Both the position numbers and the translations under genes were made by a program. Positions 44,798-57,191 of a stretch of 64,000 bases of DNA are shown one piece after another. The DNA comes from Pelagomonas calceolata (Eukaryota). How positions within the stretch are numbered: position 1 is the stretch's first letter; every line of letters begins with the position of its first letter. The DNA lies in NCBI GenBank assembly GCA_918797485.1, contig CAKKNE010000003.1:5022001-5086000 (forward strand), read 5' to 3'. Under the pieces are notes generated by a model. The model saw nothing but the letters and a program-made list of their open reading frames with translations, was not told where the DNA came from and made no database searches.

Positions 44798-46645
44798 TTA
44801 CGAGTAGCAAGAGTAGTATTCCCCCTTCTGGAAGAACGTGATTTCCCGGGTGCCCGTGTGGATGAGCTCGATCTTCCCGCGGCCCCGGGGCTCGTCGTAG
44901 ACGACGCGCACGGGAATCTCATAGTCGCCCGCGAGCTTGACGCCGTCGCGCGGGTTCAGCGGGTCCTCGGGTGGCCGCCCGCGGCAGCACTCGGGGCAGC
45001 AGTAGCACAGGAACTTCCGGACGTCCGACTTGAGCCATTCCTTGTGGGCCGCGGTGATGGCGGGCATGTAGTAGGGTTCGATCCGCAGGACGCAGGGTTT
45101 GATCGCCAAGACGAAGGCGCGGATGGCGAAGGCGGCCACGACGGCGAGGGCGGCGATGGCGAGCTGTTCTCGGTATCTTTTCAAGAAGTGCTTGTAGAAG
45201 TCGAAGGGCGTGGGCGGAAGCGTCGCTTGCGTCGGCAGGCAAGTCGGCACCAGCGTCCGAGCGTGCGTGGGCCGAAGCGGGTCCACCGGCGTGGGCAAGG
45301 CGGTGGGTCGGGGCGTCGGAAGCGGCAAGGGCGCGTCCGTGGGCTTGAACGTGATCGTGGGGGACGCCGTCGGAAACGGCACGAGGTGCATGTCGTACCA
45401 CGTCACCGAGTCGGTCGCCGTGTCAGCCGCCTCGGCGTTCGACAGCGACGCTCGGTCGACGGCGACGAGGTCCAAGTCGCCGTCGCCGTCGACGTCCGCC
45501 CCGACGACGGCTATCGCGCCGGGGACGTCGTCGACGACGGCGCCGGCGGTCCAGGTCCGCGTTCCGTCGACGACAAACGTCTGGTACCACACCACGGCGC
45601 CGTCCTCGAAGTTGGCGCTGAGGACGTCCGGCTGGCCGTCGTCGTCGACGTCGCCCACGAATATTTCTTTGACGCTCCTCGCGTCGGTGGCGATGTGGTG
45701 GGTCGCCCAGGAGGCGTCGCCCATCGAGGACCCCAGGTTCTCGTACCAAGTGACCTTTCCGTCGCCGGTCGTCGCGCAGACGACGTCGACGTCGCCGTCG
45801 CCGTCGAAGTCGCCGGCCCACGTGTCGACGGGGACCTGGACCCCCTCTACGATCGGTTCGTACGACCAAAGTTCCCGATCGGTTCGTATGTCGTCCACGT
45901 GGAACCACACGATGTACTGGTCGTCCACCGCCGCGACGACGACGTCGTTGACGTTGTCCCCGTCCACGTCGGCGGTCGCCGCGCCCGTCGCGCCCCGCGT
46001 GGGGAAGCGGTCCGACACCACGCGATCCGTCCAGCCGGTCGCGTTGCCGTCGTTCTCGTACCACGCGACCATGGTCGCGCGGCTCCACCGCGACGCGGTC
46101 AGCACGTCGAGGTCCCCGTCCCCGTCCACGTCGCCGACCGAGACCTCCCACGTGCCCTCGTCGATGTCGGCCAGGATCACCCGCGCGCGCCACGTCTCGC
46201 CCGCCCCGTCCGCGTTCTCGTACCACGCGAGGATCACGTTCTCGAGCCCTCCGGCGACGAAGTCGACGTCGCCGTCGCCGTCGAGGTCGGCCGGGCACAG
46301 CGTGGTGAACACGTTGTCAAACGTCAGGTCTTCGCCGGGCTCGGTCGCTGTCGCCGCCACGCTCCTTACCCACGTCCCGGTCGCGCCGCCCGCGCCGACG
46401 CGGTGCACGGTCACGTCAGGCTCCGACCCCACCATAATTTCGGGCTGCCCGTCGCCGTCGAGGTCCGCCGCGGCGAGCGCCTCGGGGTTCTCGAGCCCGT
46501 CGTCGACCACGTACCTCCAATAATTCAAACTCTCCTCCGGCGGCGCATGGTCGACGCGCGACGTCAGCTTGAGTTCGCGATGCGATTGCCGGGGCGACGT
46601 CGCCGCGGCGGCAAGCGCCGCAAAGATCAGGCTTATGCTACCCAT
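44798..46645 (-). CDS. FG-GAP/VCBS-repeat beta-propeller type I membrane protein
   Basis: Signal peptide, seven DxDGDGxxD repeats, P/T-rich stalk, TM helix LAIAALAVVAAFAIRAFVLAI. Confidence 0.85.
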   Translation of the reverse strand: MGSISLIFAALAAAATSPRQSHRELKLTSRVDHAPPEESLNYWRYVVDDGLENPEALAAADLDGDGQPEIMVGSEPDVTVHRVGAGGATGTWVRSVAATATEPGEDLTFDNVFTTLCPADLDGDGDVDFVAGGLENVILAWYENADGAGETWRARVILADIDEGTWEVSVGDVDGDGDLDVLTASRWSRATMVAWYENDGNATGWTDRVVSDRFPTRGATGAATADVDGDNVNDVVVAAVDDQYIVWFHVDDIRTDRELWSYEPIVEGVQVPVDTWAGDFDGDGDVDVVCATTGDGKVTWYENLGSSMGDASWATHHIATDARSVKEIFVGDVDDDGQPDVLSANFEDGAVVWYQTFVVDGTRTWTAGAVVDDVPGAIAVVGADVDGDGDLDLVAVDRASLSNAEAADTATDSVTWYDMHLVPFPTASPTITFKPTDAPLPLPTPRPTALPTPVDPLRPTHARTLVPTCLPTQATLPPTPFDFYKHFLKRYREQLAIAALAVVAAFAIRAFVLAIKPCVLRIEPYYMPAITAAHKEWLKSDVRKFLCYCCPECCRGRPPEDPLNPRDGVKLAGDYEIPVRVVYDEPRGRGKIELIHTGTREITFFQKGEYYSCYS

Positions 46646-46805
46646 GCTACCCGCGCTTCGACGCCATGGTTTAACGGTAACTATGCTCGTTATACCAATC
46701 GTTGTGATTGTCTATTACATTTTCGCGCCCATGACGTGTATTTTATCCCTTGAAACGAGGCTGTATCCCCATGCCTGCCTGCCTGCCTGCCGAACCAGTA
46801 CCGTG

Positions 46806-47780
46806 GTATTCACTAGGCCTACTCTATCCGGGTATTTAACCAAGATAAGTGAGACTAGGATAGTGAAGCTAAGATAAAATTTTGGGAGATTTATAAGTGG
46901 AAAAGAGGCCGTTGCCACAACGGGCGCCAACCCCAGGGACCCCGGACCACGCGCCCCCGCGCCAAAACAACCAAGGGAGGGTGGGAGGGCCAAAAATTCT
47001 TGCTCCTTTGTCCTGCGCTCGCACAATCGGAGCGCTGTTGGACACGAGCAAGTATAAGAAAGTATCTTGCAGCGAGCCACTAGATGTGACGATATTGCTG
47101 CCAAGATACCAAAACATAGCTGACACTGGCAGACCTGAGTCAGCCTTACATAGGTTCGGGACAGCCCTTGGGTCTCTTATTAAAGCTCCTTCTGTAAACA
47201 GAGGGCTGTTGACCCCTCTCATCACGGGCGCCGCGGGATTACAACGATCCACTGATTGGATTCAAAGGTTGAACAAGAAGTTCCGGGGAAAACCCCACCT
47301 TTAGGGGAATTACCATAAGCCCCTTTGGCAGTGCCTGAGCTAAATTGGTAAGACAATTTAGCTCGCCAACAAATCATACAGATTTGCGACAGGTCGAACA
47401 GTCAGTACCACGGGGTCTGGCAACTAGGGGAAAGAAAATTTCCGGAAATTTCGGAAATTTCCACCCCTCTAGATTTCATTTCCTGGAAATTGCTCAACTA
47501 TAGGCCCGGGGTCACGGTGGGAGGGCCAAAAATTCTTGCTCCTTAGTCCTGCGCTCTCACAATCGGAGCGCTATGGGACACGAGCAAGTATAAGGAGGTA
47601 TCTTGTAGCGAGCCACTAGGTGTGACGATATTGCTACCGTGACCAAGATACCAATCATAGCTGACAGACCAGAGTCAGCCTTACAAAGGTTCGGGACAGC
47701 CCCTGGGGTTCTCATTAAAGCTCCTCCTGTAAACAGAGGGTTGTTGAACCCTCTCATCACGGGCCGGGCGCCGCGGGATC
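46806..47780 (-). mobile_element. family B copy with a duplicated ~255-bp internal segment (46981-47238 / 47517-47779)
   Basis: TATTCACTAGGCCTACTCTATCCGGG end as at 60217; the two direct copies differ by substitutions and 5-6-bp indels. Confidence 0.8.
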
Positions 47781-47844
47781 TGAAAACTTGAAAAAGGAAC
47801 TAGCTCCTAAGACTCGGAGCCTTCAAGTTCTCCCTGCTAGTAGG

Positions 47845-48855
47845 CTACTTACTTACGTGGGGTCTAGAGTCACATGGCCCTGGTGCCGGTGAACTTGGTG
47901 GCAGGACCCGGGCTCCGGCGGGTGCGACGGCAGTGCCTGTTGAGTCATACTGGTGGCAGAGACCGCCGCAAGCGCCGGGGCGCCCGCCGCCCTCGGAGAC
48001 GATGAACACGCCGCCGCGCCGCGTCGAGGCCTCAAAGGAGCGCGCGGGGTCGTCAATGGGGTTCGGCGGGATGATGGCGGTGATTGCCCGCGCAAATGCC
48101 AGCTGATCGCGGTCAGACGAGTCCTCGCGATTGTACTCGGTCCACCATGCGCAGGACAGCGCTCCGGCCACAGGGTGCATGGCGTCCCAAACGAGCAGCG
48201 CGCCGTCAACGTACTCGACGAGCGGCCCCGCGCGAGAGTAGCGTTGGACCTGCACGCGGAGAGCGTCCGCGTCCGCGACGACGCCGCGGCGCGCGATCTC
48301 CCGCGCTTCGGCGCGCCACCAGGGATCGCCAGGGCGCCGATGGTTACAGGGAGAGCGCGTTGGCGGCGTGTGAGCTGCCGTACACGGGTGGCGGAACGCG
48401 GCAAAGCCCGCATCCCTGAGCATTGCAGCGACCAACGAAGAAGGCACGCGCAGCAGCCGCAGCTTCCAGTCGACGAACACGAGGTACCGAGCGTTCCGGA
48501 AAAATAACAATGGCCGGAGCTTGACTGCGCGCGAGGCGCGCCGGCCTGACGCGCCGCCCGCGGTCACGACGCGCCACGGCCGCACGTCGCAGTGCGCCGC
48601 GAGCGATGCCGCGGACGCCGCGCCGGCGACGACGATGTAGCAGGCGCTACCTTCGCGGGCCATCTCCGCCAGCCGCGTCCCGGGGTGCGGCAAGCGTGTG
48701 CCGGGGCCGTAGGCTAGCGTCGTGTAGACCACCGTGCCGCAGCCGGCCGTCGCGAGGTCAAGCGCGGCGGCGAGGCGGACGTCCTCGGGCTGCGTCAGGG
48801 AACAGTTCGCGGCAACTATCGTGCGGAGCGTGGCAGCCAGCAGCAAGAGCCACAT
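47845..48855 (-). CDS. DUF616 (TOD1/MUCI70-like) glycosyltransferase, intronless
   Basis: VVYTTLAYG, RRASRAVKLRPLLFFRNARYLVFVDWKL, FAAFRHP, SCAWWTEY..SDRDQLAF. Confidence 0.8.
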   Translation of the reverse strand: MWLLLLAATLRTIVAANCSLTQPEDVRLAAALDLATAGCGTVVYTTLAYGPGTRLPHPGTRLAEMAREGSACYIVVAGAASAASLAAHCDVRPWRVVTAGGASGRRASRAVKLRPLLFFRNARYLVFVDWKLRLLRVPSSLVAAMLRDAGFAAFRHPCTAAHTPPTRSPCNHRRPGDPWWRAEAREIARRGVVADADALRVQVQRYSRAGPLVEYVDGALLVWDAMHPVAGALSCAWWTEYNREDSSDRDQLAFARAITAIIPPNPIDDPARSFEASTRRGGVFIVSEGGGRPGACGGLCHQYDSTGTAVAPAGARVLPPSSPAPGPCDSRPHVSK

Positions 48856-48999
48856 CTCTTTCCTTCACATTGGCAGCGAGAACCGCATCATAAACCGTAA
48901 GTCGTACGGTAGTAGGCGAGTGTCATCATCTATGCGGAGCCCCAATGGGCTGCGACGGTTTATGGTCGTACCTGACCAACTTTGTCATGAGGCTGAAGC

Positions 49000-49645
49000 T
49001 AGAGAGAGAGAAACCCTCTAGCCCTATGTATCTCCCACTCTAAATTTGAGTCTATACACTGGGTGTCTAACGGCGCTACGGTGTAAACCAATTTATAATA
49101 AAACACTCTCGTAGTTGGTTTGGCCCAGCCTCTGGCTGGTGAGCTAGGACCCTGCTATAGCCTGAGCCTGACTCGGAGAGGCTGAGCCTCGTCTGATATT
49201 ATTTTCCATGCGCTTTCAGATGGTTCGACATCCGTGGCTGTTTCGCCATCAGTCATGTTATGCACAGAGCCTGTATCATCGTCTGATGACTCATCGTCTG
49301 ACGACTCAGACAGAAGATTCGGCAGGGAATTGATTGAGAAGATTGATTCATCATCTGATTCATCCGATTCGACGTATGCACCATATGCCTGAAGCGTGGC
49401 CTCATTGGGTATGTCTGGATGCACTGTTTGTCCAACCATGAGGGTGTCACGGTTGCCTGGGGCGCGTGGTCCGGGGGCCCTGGGGTTGGCGCCCGTTGTG
49501 GCAACGGCCTTTTCCACTTATAAATCTCCCAAATTTTATCTTAGCTTCACTATCCTAGTCTCATTTATCCTAGTTAAATACCCGGATAGAATAGGGCGTG
49601 TGAATATACGGTACGGTATTTACGGTACCTACGGTACCGTAGGTA
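49000..49645. mobile_element. back-to-back family A (49000-49157) and family B (49460-49610) copies plus a GTAC array in a divergent promoter
   Basis: Family A (CT)n end faces the ATG at 48855, family B TACG end faces the ATG at 49771; an acidic ORF fragment lies between them. Confidence 0.75.
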
Positions 49646-49770
49646 TGCGCAGAGAGAGCACCAACTATCTTGCGGTTGTCGTTTAAGCTTACCTCACGCG
49701 TGGGATTTGAGGACAGCCCGAAGACCACAGCCGGACCGCGGCTCACCAGTCTACTCGACAGACAGCCGAG

Positions 49771-50738
49771 ATGATGCCAGCCCGCTGCTCGGATGGCCCC
49801 GCGCGCAAACGCGCGCGAGCTCTCCAGGACGACGACGACGGCGCGAACGACGCTCAGGACGACGCGCCGACCTGCGAGGTGTGCGGTCGCCATCCGCGCA
49901 AGTATTGCTGCCCGCGGTGCGCGTGCGTGACCTGCTCGCTGGCCTGCTGCGCGGCCCACAAGCGCGCGACGGGCTGCGATGGGCGGCGCGACGCGGCGGC
50001 GCACCGACCACTCAAGGCCATGGGCCTCCGCGAGTTGCGGGCCGACTGTGCGTTTCTCGAGGCCGCCGCGCGGTCGCGCGCCACGGCCGAGCGCGCGCGT
50101 CGCGCCGCGCCTCGCCTCGGCGGGCGAGAGCGGCGCGGCCGCAGCGGCGAGGCGCCCGCCGCGGCGCGGCTCCGGCGAGCGGCCGAGCGCCGCCGCATCC
50201 GACTACTCCTCATGCCTGATGGAATGGTGACCACCCGCGCGGACGACGGGGACGGCGAAAACGCTCGGACCGCCCTTTTTCTCGCGCGCAGGCCAAACGC
50301 CGACGCAATGGTAGCCACTACGACGCCGCGCGCGACGCGATCCGGTGGCGCGTCGAGTGGCGCGTCGACGGCGCGACGCTCGTCGACGAGCGCGCCGACG
50401 AGCGGACGCCCCTCCGGGAGCTTCTGGCCGCCCACGCGGCCGCCGCCGGGCGCCGACCGCCGGTCGCGTGCGACCTGCAAGACCCGGAGACCTTCGCACT
50501 CCTCCTCCTCCGGGCGCCCGGTCCGGCCAACGACCCGCGCTACGATCGGCTCGATCCCAGCGTAGGCCTCGACCTCAACCTCGCCGACCGGTGCGTTATC
50601 GAGTACCCCCAGATTGTTGTCGCGCGGCCGGGCGACGTCGATCGGCGCTTTCGCCTCGCGCCGAATCCCGTCCAGCTCTTCTTCGCGGACGACCAGTCCA
50701 CGTCTGCAGGCGGGCACGGGGAAATGAGAAGGGCGTAA
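49771..50738 (+). CDS. BCD1: box C/D snoRNA assembly factor BCD1/ZNHIT6; intron 50227-50291
   Basis: zf-HIT CEVC..KYCCPRC..TCSLACCAAHKRATGCDGRRD; LRADCAFLE; LMPDGM/AKRRRN..IRWRVEW; VIEYPQIVV. Confidence 0.85.
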
Positions 50739-51211
50739 AGTCCCGGGTTCAAGGTACTGCAAGTTCTAGTTGTACTGCCAGTGTCCGAGTCCGCGAACGT
50801 CGCGCCAGTACTTTGCGCCCAGCGCGGAAATTAAGGCCGATTTGACTATTCAGGCATAGTAAACTTTTTGAACAAATTCGGAGATGTCTTGAAAACCCAG
50901 TACGGTTTTCGGACATCTTTTGAAAACCCAGCCTGAGGTTTTTCCGCCCCGCCCCCGGCCCTCATACGCGAGTGCTAGCTTGCGCCAGCCTGAGTTGCGT
51001 TTCGTCCGACCAAGTGGCTGGGAACTCGAATCTCAGATTAGGGGACCGCCCCCGATCTTCAGTCATCTTCCTTAATTAGATTCCTTAATTTATATAACAC
51101 TAGTGGATGAAACTACTCGTGATGTGTACATATCAATTGACAGACAGAGCCCCAGCGTTTAATAGTACTACTAGTAGTAGTAAAATTGGTTCCGAACACC
51201 AGGTCTTTAGA

Positions 51212-51829
51212 TCAGTACCTGACAGGACCCGAGGGAGGCGTGAGGACCAGACGCGCGGGACCCGCGCCGGATACCCCCGACCTGGCGCCGACGCGTAGCG
51301 CGACGACGGAGCCTCGCCGTGGAAGCCGCACGAGGGCGTCGCACGGCATTCGGAGCCACAGATTGTCGCGCGTCGCGTCGACGATCGCGCCGATCTCCCC
51401 GACAAGCCCTGGAATCGGCGCGCGGCAAATATCCACGAGGGCGCCGGTGGGTTCAAGCGCCGCGCCGCGCCGCGCCGCACCCCGGGATCGTCTGGTCGAC
51501 TCGCCGACCGTCGCCGCGGCGTACGACGTCCAGCCCCCGCGGAGTGGACCCGTCTCTCGCCAGGTCGACAGCTCCGCGCGCCGCGCGGCCGCCGACACAA
51601 CGACGGCCGCGCGGCCTCGTCGCCGCCGCCGCCGCGTGGGTCCGGTACCGAGGAGGAGGGCCCGGCGCCGGAGCTTCGAGCCGAAGTGCCCCCGGGAGAC
51701 TGGACCCGCGTTGGTCAGATGCCGGGCGAAGTACGCCACCGCGTCGCTGGCGTCTCGCGCACGCTGGTGGCAGTGGTCTCGGGGGGGCAAGGGCGCGTAG
51801 TGCAGCCGACTCGCGCGTGCGGACGACAT
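51212..51829 (-). CDS. POP4: RNase P/MRP subunit POP4/Rpp29-like
   Basis: LEPTGALVDICRAPIPGLVGEIGAIVDATRDNLWL..VRLPRRGSVVAL resembles the Rpp29 Sm-like barrel. Confidence 0.6.
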   Translation of the reverse strand: MSSARASRLHYAPLPPRDHCHQRARDASDAVAYFARHLTNAGPVSRGHFGSKLRRRALLLGTGPTRRRRRRGRAAVVVSAAARRAELSTWRETGPLRGGWTSYAAATVGESTRRSRGAARRGAALEPTGALVDICRAPIPGLVGEIGAIVDATRDNLWLRMPCDALVRLPRRGSVVALRVGARSGVSGAGPARLVLTPPSGPVRY

Positions 51830-52055
51830 TGTTGCTGTTGACGCTTGAATCAGGCCCGTGCGTTTTAGTTTTGCGCTATTTTTTAGGTTCCGCAAGCTGT
51901 GCAGCCAGCGCTGCCGTGGCACCTGAGATTGCCTGCGGTACCATGGTAGTATTGGTACCTACCGTAGGTACCGTAGGTACGGGACTCGGCTTCTTACCAG
52001 TAGCTACTGCGGTACCTACGGTACCTACTGCGGTAGCCTAGCGCGCAGTTGGGAT

Positions 52056-52486
52056 AGCTATAGTCAATTTGGGTTTTGCGCGCGATTCCTGGCGCACCTA
52101 GAAGGGGGGCTAGAGGGGGGGGGGGGCACGCGCTAGGGGGGGGTATCGGGGGAGCTATCCCCCGCGAGCGTGTACGTAAGCTTGCTGCCGGTCGTAGAAG
52201 CGTGCGTCGTCGTCGCCGTGCCCGAGCCCGGGCGGCGCGTTGGTGAAGTCCGGGTTACCGCCGACGAGCCGGGGGCCGTCGATCTTGATCCGGGCGTACT
52301 CGCGCGCCGTCTTGATGCCCCAGCGACGGTAAAGGCGGTTCTTGAGCAGGGCGGCCGTGTGGTCCTGCGAGGTCGCGCCGTCCTCGACCCAGGTCCGAGC
52401 GGCGGTCGCGTCCGCGGTAGTCGCCACCATATTCCCGCTGGAAGGGTGCGCACCACCGGGGCGCTCGAAGACGACGTCGACCCACT
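52056..52486 (-). mobile_element. longest family C copy; encodes a C-terminus resembling RLE-type (CRE-like) non-LTR retrotransposon proteins
   Basis: ADATAARTWVEDGATSQDHTAALLKNRLYRRWGIKTAREYARIKIDG...ARGG-stop, then a short 3'UTR abutting the GTAC array at 51935-52036. Confidence 0.6.
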
Positions 52487-52675
52487 CTCAGGCTGGCGCG
52501 GCCCACGCCCGGCGCCAGTATAAAATTTCCCCACGGAGCCGTAAGCGTCGCAGGCTCATTCATTCTAATTAGAGCTTAGGGAAGGTTTACAAGGCAGAAT
52601 GTGACTCCAAAGAATTACGCCGTGTCCGGCTAGGGGGGGGCGGGTGCTGTACGTACTAATTGAACCATACAGATC

Positions 52676-54856
52676 CTAGGCAGCAGCGACGTCGTGAATT
52701 TCGACGGCGATGATCGCGACGTCCTCGTGCGGCTTGTCGAACCGGTTGCACTTGACGTTCTCGATGGCCTGGCAAACTTCCATGCCGTGAGTGACGCGGC
52801 CGAAGACGGTGTGCTTGTCGTCGAGCCAGGGCGTGGGCACGGTGGTGACGAAGAACTGGGACCCGTTGGTGTCGGGTCCCGCGTTGGCCATGGACACCGT
52901 AAAGGGGCGGTCGTGCCGGAGGCTCGGGTGGAATTCGTCGTGGAACTCGCCGCCCCAGATGCTCTCGCCGCCGGTGCCGTCGCCCAGCGGATCGCCCGTC
53001 TGGATCATGAAGGATTTGATGACCTGTGCGCACGGCGGCCAGTTGAATTGGGTGGCGCGCATGAAGAGCGCCGCGAAAGTCGATTTGCGCACGGTTTAGG
53101 ACGCGATGGAAAATGAGGCCGTCGTAGTAGCCGTCGCGCGCGTGCGCGCAAAAGTTTTCGACGGTCTTCGGGCACTCGTTCCCGAAGAGCCGGAAGCGGA
53201 CGTCGCCCATGGTCGTCCGGAGCGTCGCCTCCGCGCCGAGCAGGGCGGGCCGAGACGCCGCCGCGCGCCGCCCGAGTTCGTCGGCGGTCGGAAGCTCGTT
53301 CTGCACGTCGCGCGCGTCCGGCGCGTCCGGCGCGCGGCGGCTCAGCAGGTAGAAGCGCTTCCGCCGAAACGACGACGCGAAGCACGTCGGGTCGGAGACG
53401 CCTTCGCGGGACTGCTCGGCGCCCATCGTCAGGCTCCCCTGCTGCGGCGAGTCCGCAACCTGCCGCCGCGCCTGCTCCAGCTGCGCGTCGAGCTTCGCGG
53501 CGCCCTCGAAGAGCGCCAGGCACCCGAAGCGCTCGGCCTCGTCCGCCGCGCCGAGGACGGCCACGACCCGCCCGGCGTCGAGCGCGTAGACGCACACGCC
53601 GACGATCGACCCGTAGAGCAAATAGTGGCCCGTCTCGTCGAACACGGCGTTCCAGCGCGCGAGGAAGCTCCGCCGGCCCGCCTGGGCCTGGATCTCGCGC
53701 TCCGCCGCCGACCGGCGACCGTAGCTCAGGTCGTCGAGCGCCACGAGCGCGCGGAGCGCCGCGTCCTCGGGCTCCGCCGGCGGCGGCGGCGGCGCCTCCT
53801 CGCCGGCCGCCGCCGTCGCGGCGGGCTCGGGCATGGGACCGGCGTCGTCCGAGTCGTCGGACGCGTCCGGCGGCGCGCCGCGCGCGCTGCGGAGAAGCCA
53901 CGCGCCTCGTCGCGCGTCGATCGCCGCCGCGCTCTCGTCGAGGAGGCGCAGGCACCGGCCCGTGCGCGTCTCGAAGATCCGAATGGTCGCGTCGCTGGCG
54001 GTGACGGCGAAACGGGCCCCGTCCGAGGACGCGGAGATCCGACAGGGCCCGGCGCGGGTCTTGGCCAGCGCGTAGAGGTCCGTGTCGAGCTTGCTCCGGT
54101 ACGCGACGGCGTCGCCGGGCGCCTCGGCGGGTACTTCCGACACCGCGGCGCCCTTCCCGTCGCCCCCGCGGCGCGGACCGTCGGCGCACCGCCAGCACTC
54201 GAGCACGCCGCGCGCGTCGGCCGAGACCACGAGGCCGAGCGGCGGCAGCGGGCAGAGCGCCACGATGGGCGAGGCGTGGACCCGGAGCTTGGCAACGAGC
54301 GCGAAGGTCGGCGCGGCGTACACGCGGATCGGCGCCGCCTCGTCCGCCGCGGCCAGCGCGACCCGCGGTGTCGGCGCGGCGGCCGTCTGGAGCCAGCACG
54401 CCGCGCCGGGCACGTAGGGCTCGGCCGCGTCCCGTTTCGTCCGGAGGATGCACGCCATGTCGAACGCGTGCACGTCGTACAGCTTGGCGGCGCCGTCGTC
54501 GCCCGTCGTCGCCAGCCAGAGGCCGTCGAACGATGCCGCCACGTCCGCGATCGGGCCCACGTGCGCATGAAAGTGCTTGACGAACTCGACGCCCCGCTGC
54601 ATCTTCTTCCAGAACTTGACGTGCCCGTTCTCCGAGGCCGTGCACACGAAACCGGCCTTGGCCGCCACCTGTGTGGACATCACCGTCATTTCTCGCGGAT
54701 ATTTTGCGCTCTGGCCGCCACCACCGTATGCGTCACGACGGCTCGATGTGCGTAGCTCGTCTCGTACTGCGCCGCGCAGGGCAGCGCATCCATGTACGCG
54801 AGGACGCGCCGCTGGGCCGCACCGCGGCGGGATCGCTTGCTGGGGGGCGGCAGCAT
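52676..54856 (-). CDS. PPWD1: WD40-repeat cyclophilin PPWD1/CYP71; introns 54669-54721 and 53024-53102
   Basis: [102 protein letters not shown]. Confidence 0.93.
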
Positions 54857-57191
54857 CTTGCACGGGATAGCCGATTCCCGCGTGTGTTTTGATCGACAGG
54901 ACTTGCTCTACAGGTTATTAGAGGGGGGGGAGACCGTAGGTACCTCGAGAGTAGGCATCCTAGAGTCTGTGGCTAAATTCATCGTAGCTCCTCGGCCCTG
55001 CCCGAGGTACTAGTGTGCGCGCCGGCGCCCGTCGGATCTGTGTGTTCGGTGTTCGGGTTTCTTACGCGAGCTCCACGCCGCGCGGAGCTCGTCGGCGAGC
55101 GGCGCCGACCTGTGTTTTTGGCGGTGAGCCTCGTGCGCGAACCCCGGTGCCTCCACGCCATCGACGAGACCTCGCGACATTCCCGCCGCGTCGATGGTGC
55201 ACGAGCTCTCGCGGACGGCGCCCCACGCCATGCTGCATGGCCACCTTATCGTACTCGTCACGGTGGCGACTTCCAACATAAATTTCACGTCTATCGACGG
55301 CGTCGTACTCGAATCGACGATAAAAAACATCAGAAAAATCATTTGACGAATAAATTTGGACCAAAATCCGAACCGGTGTACTCTAGTGAACAAGGTAAAT
55401 CAATGGATTTGGAGAAGTATGACCTGTATGAAGTATGAAGGTCCTTATAACAAATCAAATACCTGCCCCACGAAATTATCTCAACAGTTATCGGAGTATC
55501 TGGTGTGAGTTCTTGCTCTAATTCATCCGTGTGGGAATATCCAAAGTCCTCGTAAAGTTTGTTACGATAATTCCTAACGTTTGCAAGCCACACCAGAACC
55601 GTACTCCGTACTTCTTTAAGCGTTTCAGCAGAGATTGGATCTGTACATTTGACCCAGGAAGGCAGGGTAGGCTGGGTAGCTTCGACTTCGCGAGGTAATC
55701 TATTTAGGTTTTCTCTAGTTCTCTTCTTCTTAGAGCGTCAAAGTTGCACTTCAGTTTCACTAATGTACCGCATGCGGTACATTAGTACCAAGATCTCATA
55801 TCGTCCGAGTCCGTTCTGCCCGTCCTCCAATGGGGAGCGAAACCCCAAGGCCAACTCTGAGGACGATGCTGTCGGGGCCCCAAGACGGTGAGGCCAAGAC
55901 CTCATGCGTCGTTCCGCCACCCCACGGCGCCAAAGCGCCAAGCCCCCCAATGGGACGCGGGTGTCGGCCCGCGGTCGACTTCTATATTGAAGTTTTGATC
56001 CGTGTGCCTGGCGATGAGTCAGTTCGGCAATGAGCCAGTCTGAGGAGATACCGCCCCCGGGGCGCGGCTTCCAGAACTCCGCGCTCGGAAATCGTGGGCT
56101 AGCGGCCTGTACTTCAGGTAAGACACTAGGCATCCCTATAATAATATATTATATAGAGGAAGCGCTTAGCTCTACCGGGGGGGTTTATAATTGTACCCAG
56201 GTACATGTGCCCTCCCCTTCACCTCGCCTTATGGGGCCTTATGGGGCCCAGTCAGGGTTGTACATTACACAGGCGTCTATACGTACCCCCGCCCGCGCCC
56301 CAAAGCCCTGGGTTTGAGCGCTCGGGACGTTTTGGCCGACCGCGAGCGCCCCACGGCGGTGCGTTGCGGGCCACTTTTCGCACGAGAATCTGCTCATTTC
56401 GGGCGTATCGAGGGTGCAAGAGCGTCGTCACTGACCTCATGACCCACGCCCATGGGCTGGTGAGATTGCCCGCGGCCAGGATTACCCGTGAGACATTCAA
56501 CTGTTCGAACCCATGCACCGAACGCGGTAAAATGGGTGCCGAATGCAAAGGAGATCGACTTATTGGCGACCCATGCATTGTAAGTGAGCGAGTGATGCCT
56601 CGAGTCCGGAGCGACACTAAATTCCAGCCGAGACCGCGATCCGAATGGGTTATGACCCATAGCACTTCGGGACCGACCGCGACCAGCAAAACAAAGCGAA
56701 GCCGTCGGCCGCTAACCGTCACGCTGCGCAGGCACCGGCTCTGGACCAGGCACAAGGAGCACGCAAAGCCCGGAGATATACGGACGCGATAAACGTCGGC
56801 TTGGAGGGAGTCGAGCCCAGGCCCCAGGGAGAGCAGATTTGGGGGCACATTTGTAGCTCGCGACGCAGGCCGAATAAGTGGCTACCAGTGCAAGGTAAGT
56901 TGGCCAGTGGCCGTCCGAGGTAGCCCCACGTGGCTGCTGCACCAGCCGTTGCGCCGGCCGCGCGCCGTGCGCTTAACGCTAACCTGGGTACAATAACCAA
57001 CTTATTACCCAGTAGCAAGCTCTCAGGCTGGCCTCTAATTGCTCTCACACGAAGTCCCTTTACCAACGCACTAGCCGCTGGAACTGATACATTGGAGCCG
57101 AGCGCCGAGCCGGGCTACTTTACCGCACCTCGTCTGACTCAGTCCAAAAGAGAGCCAAAGATCACAGTGAGCGGAGGATGCGACAGGGGTG

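Noticed and set aside
55339..55740. AT-rich open frame on the minus strand
   Set aside because: No start, no recognisable motif; probably a TE fragment.
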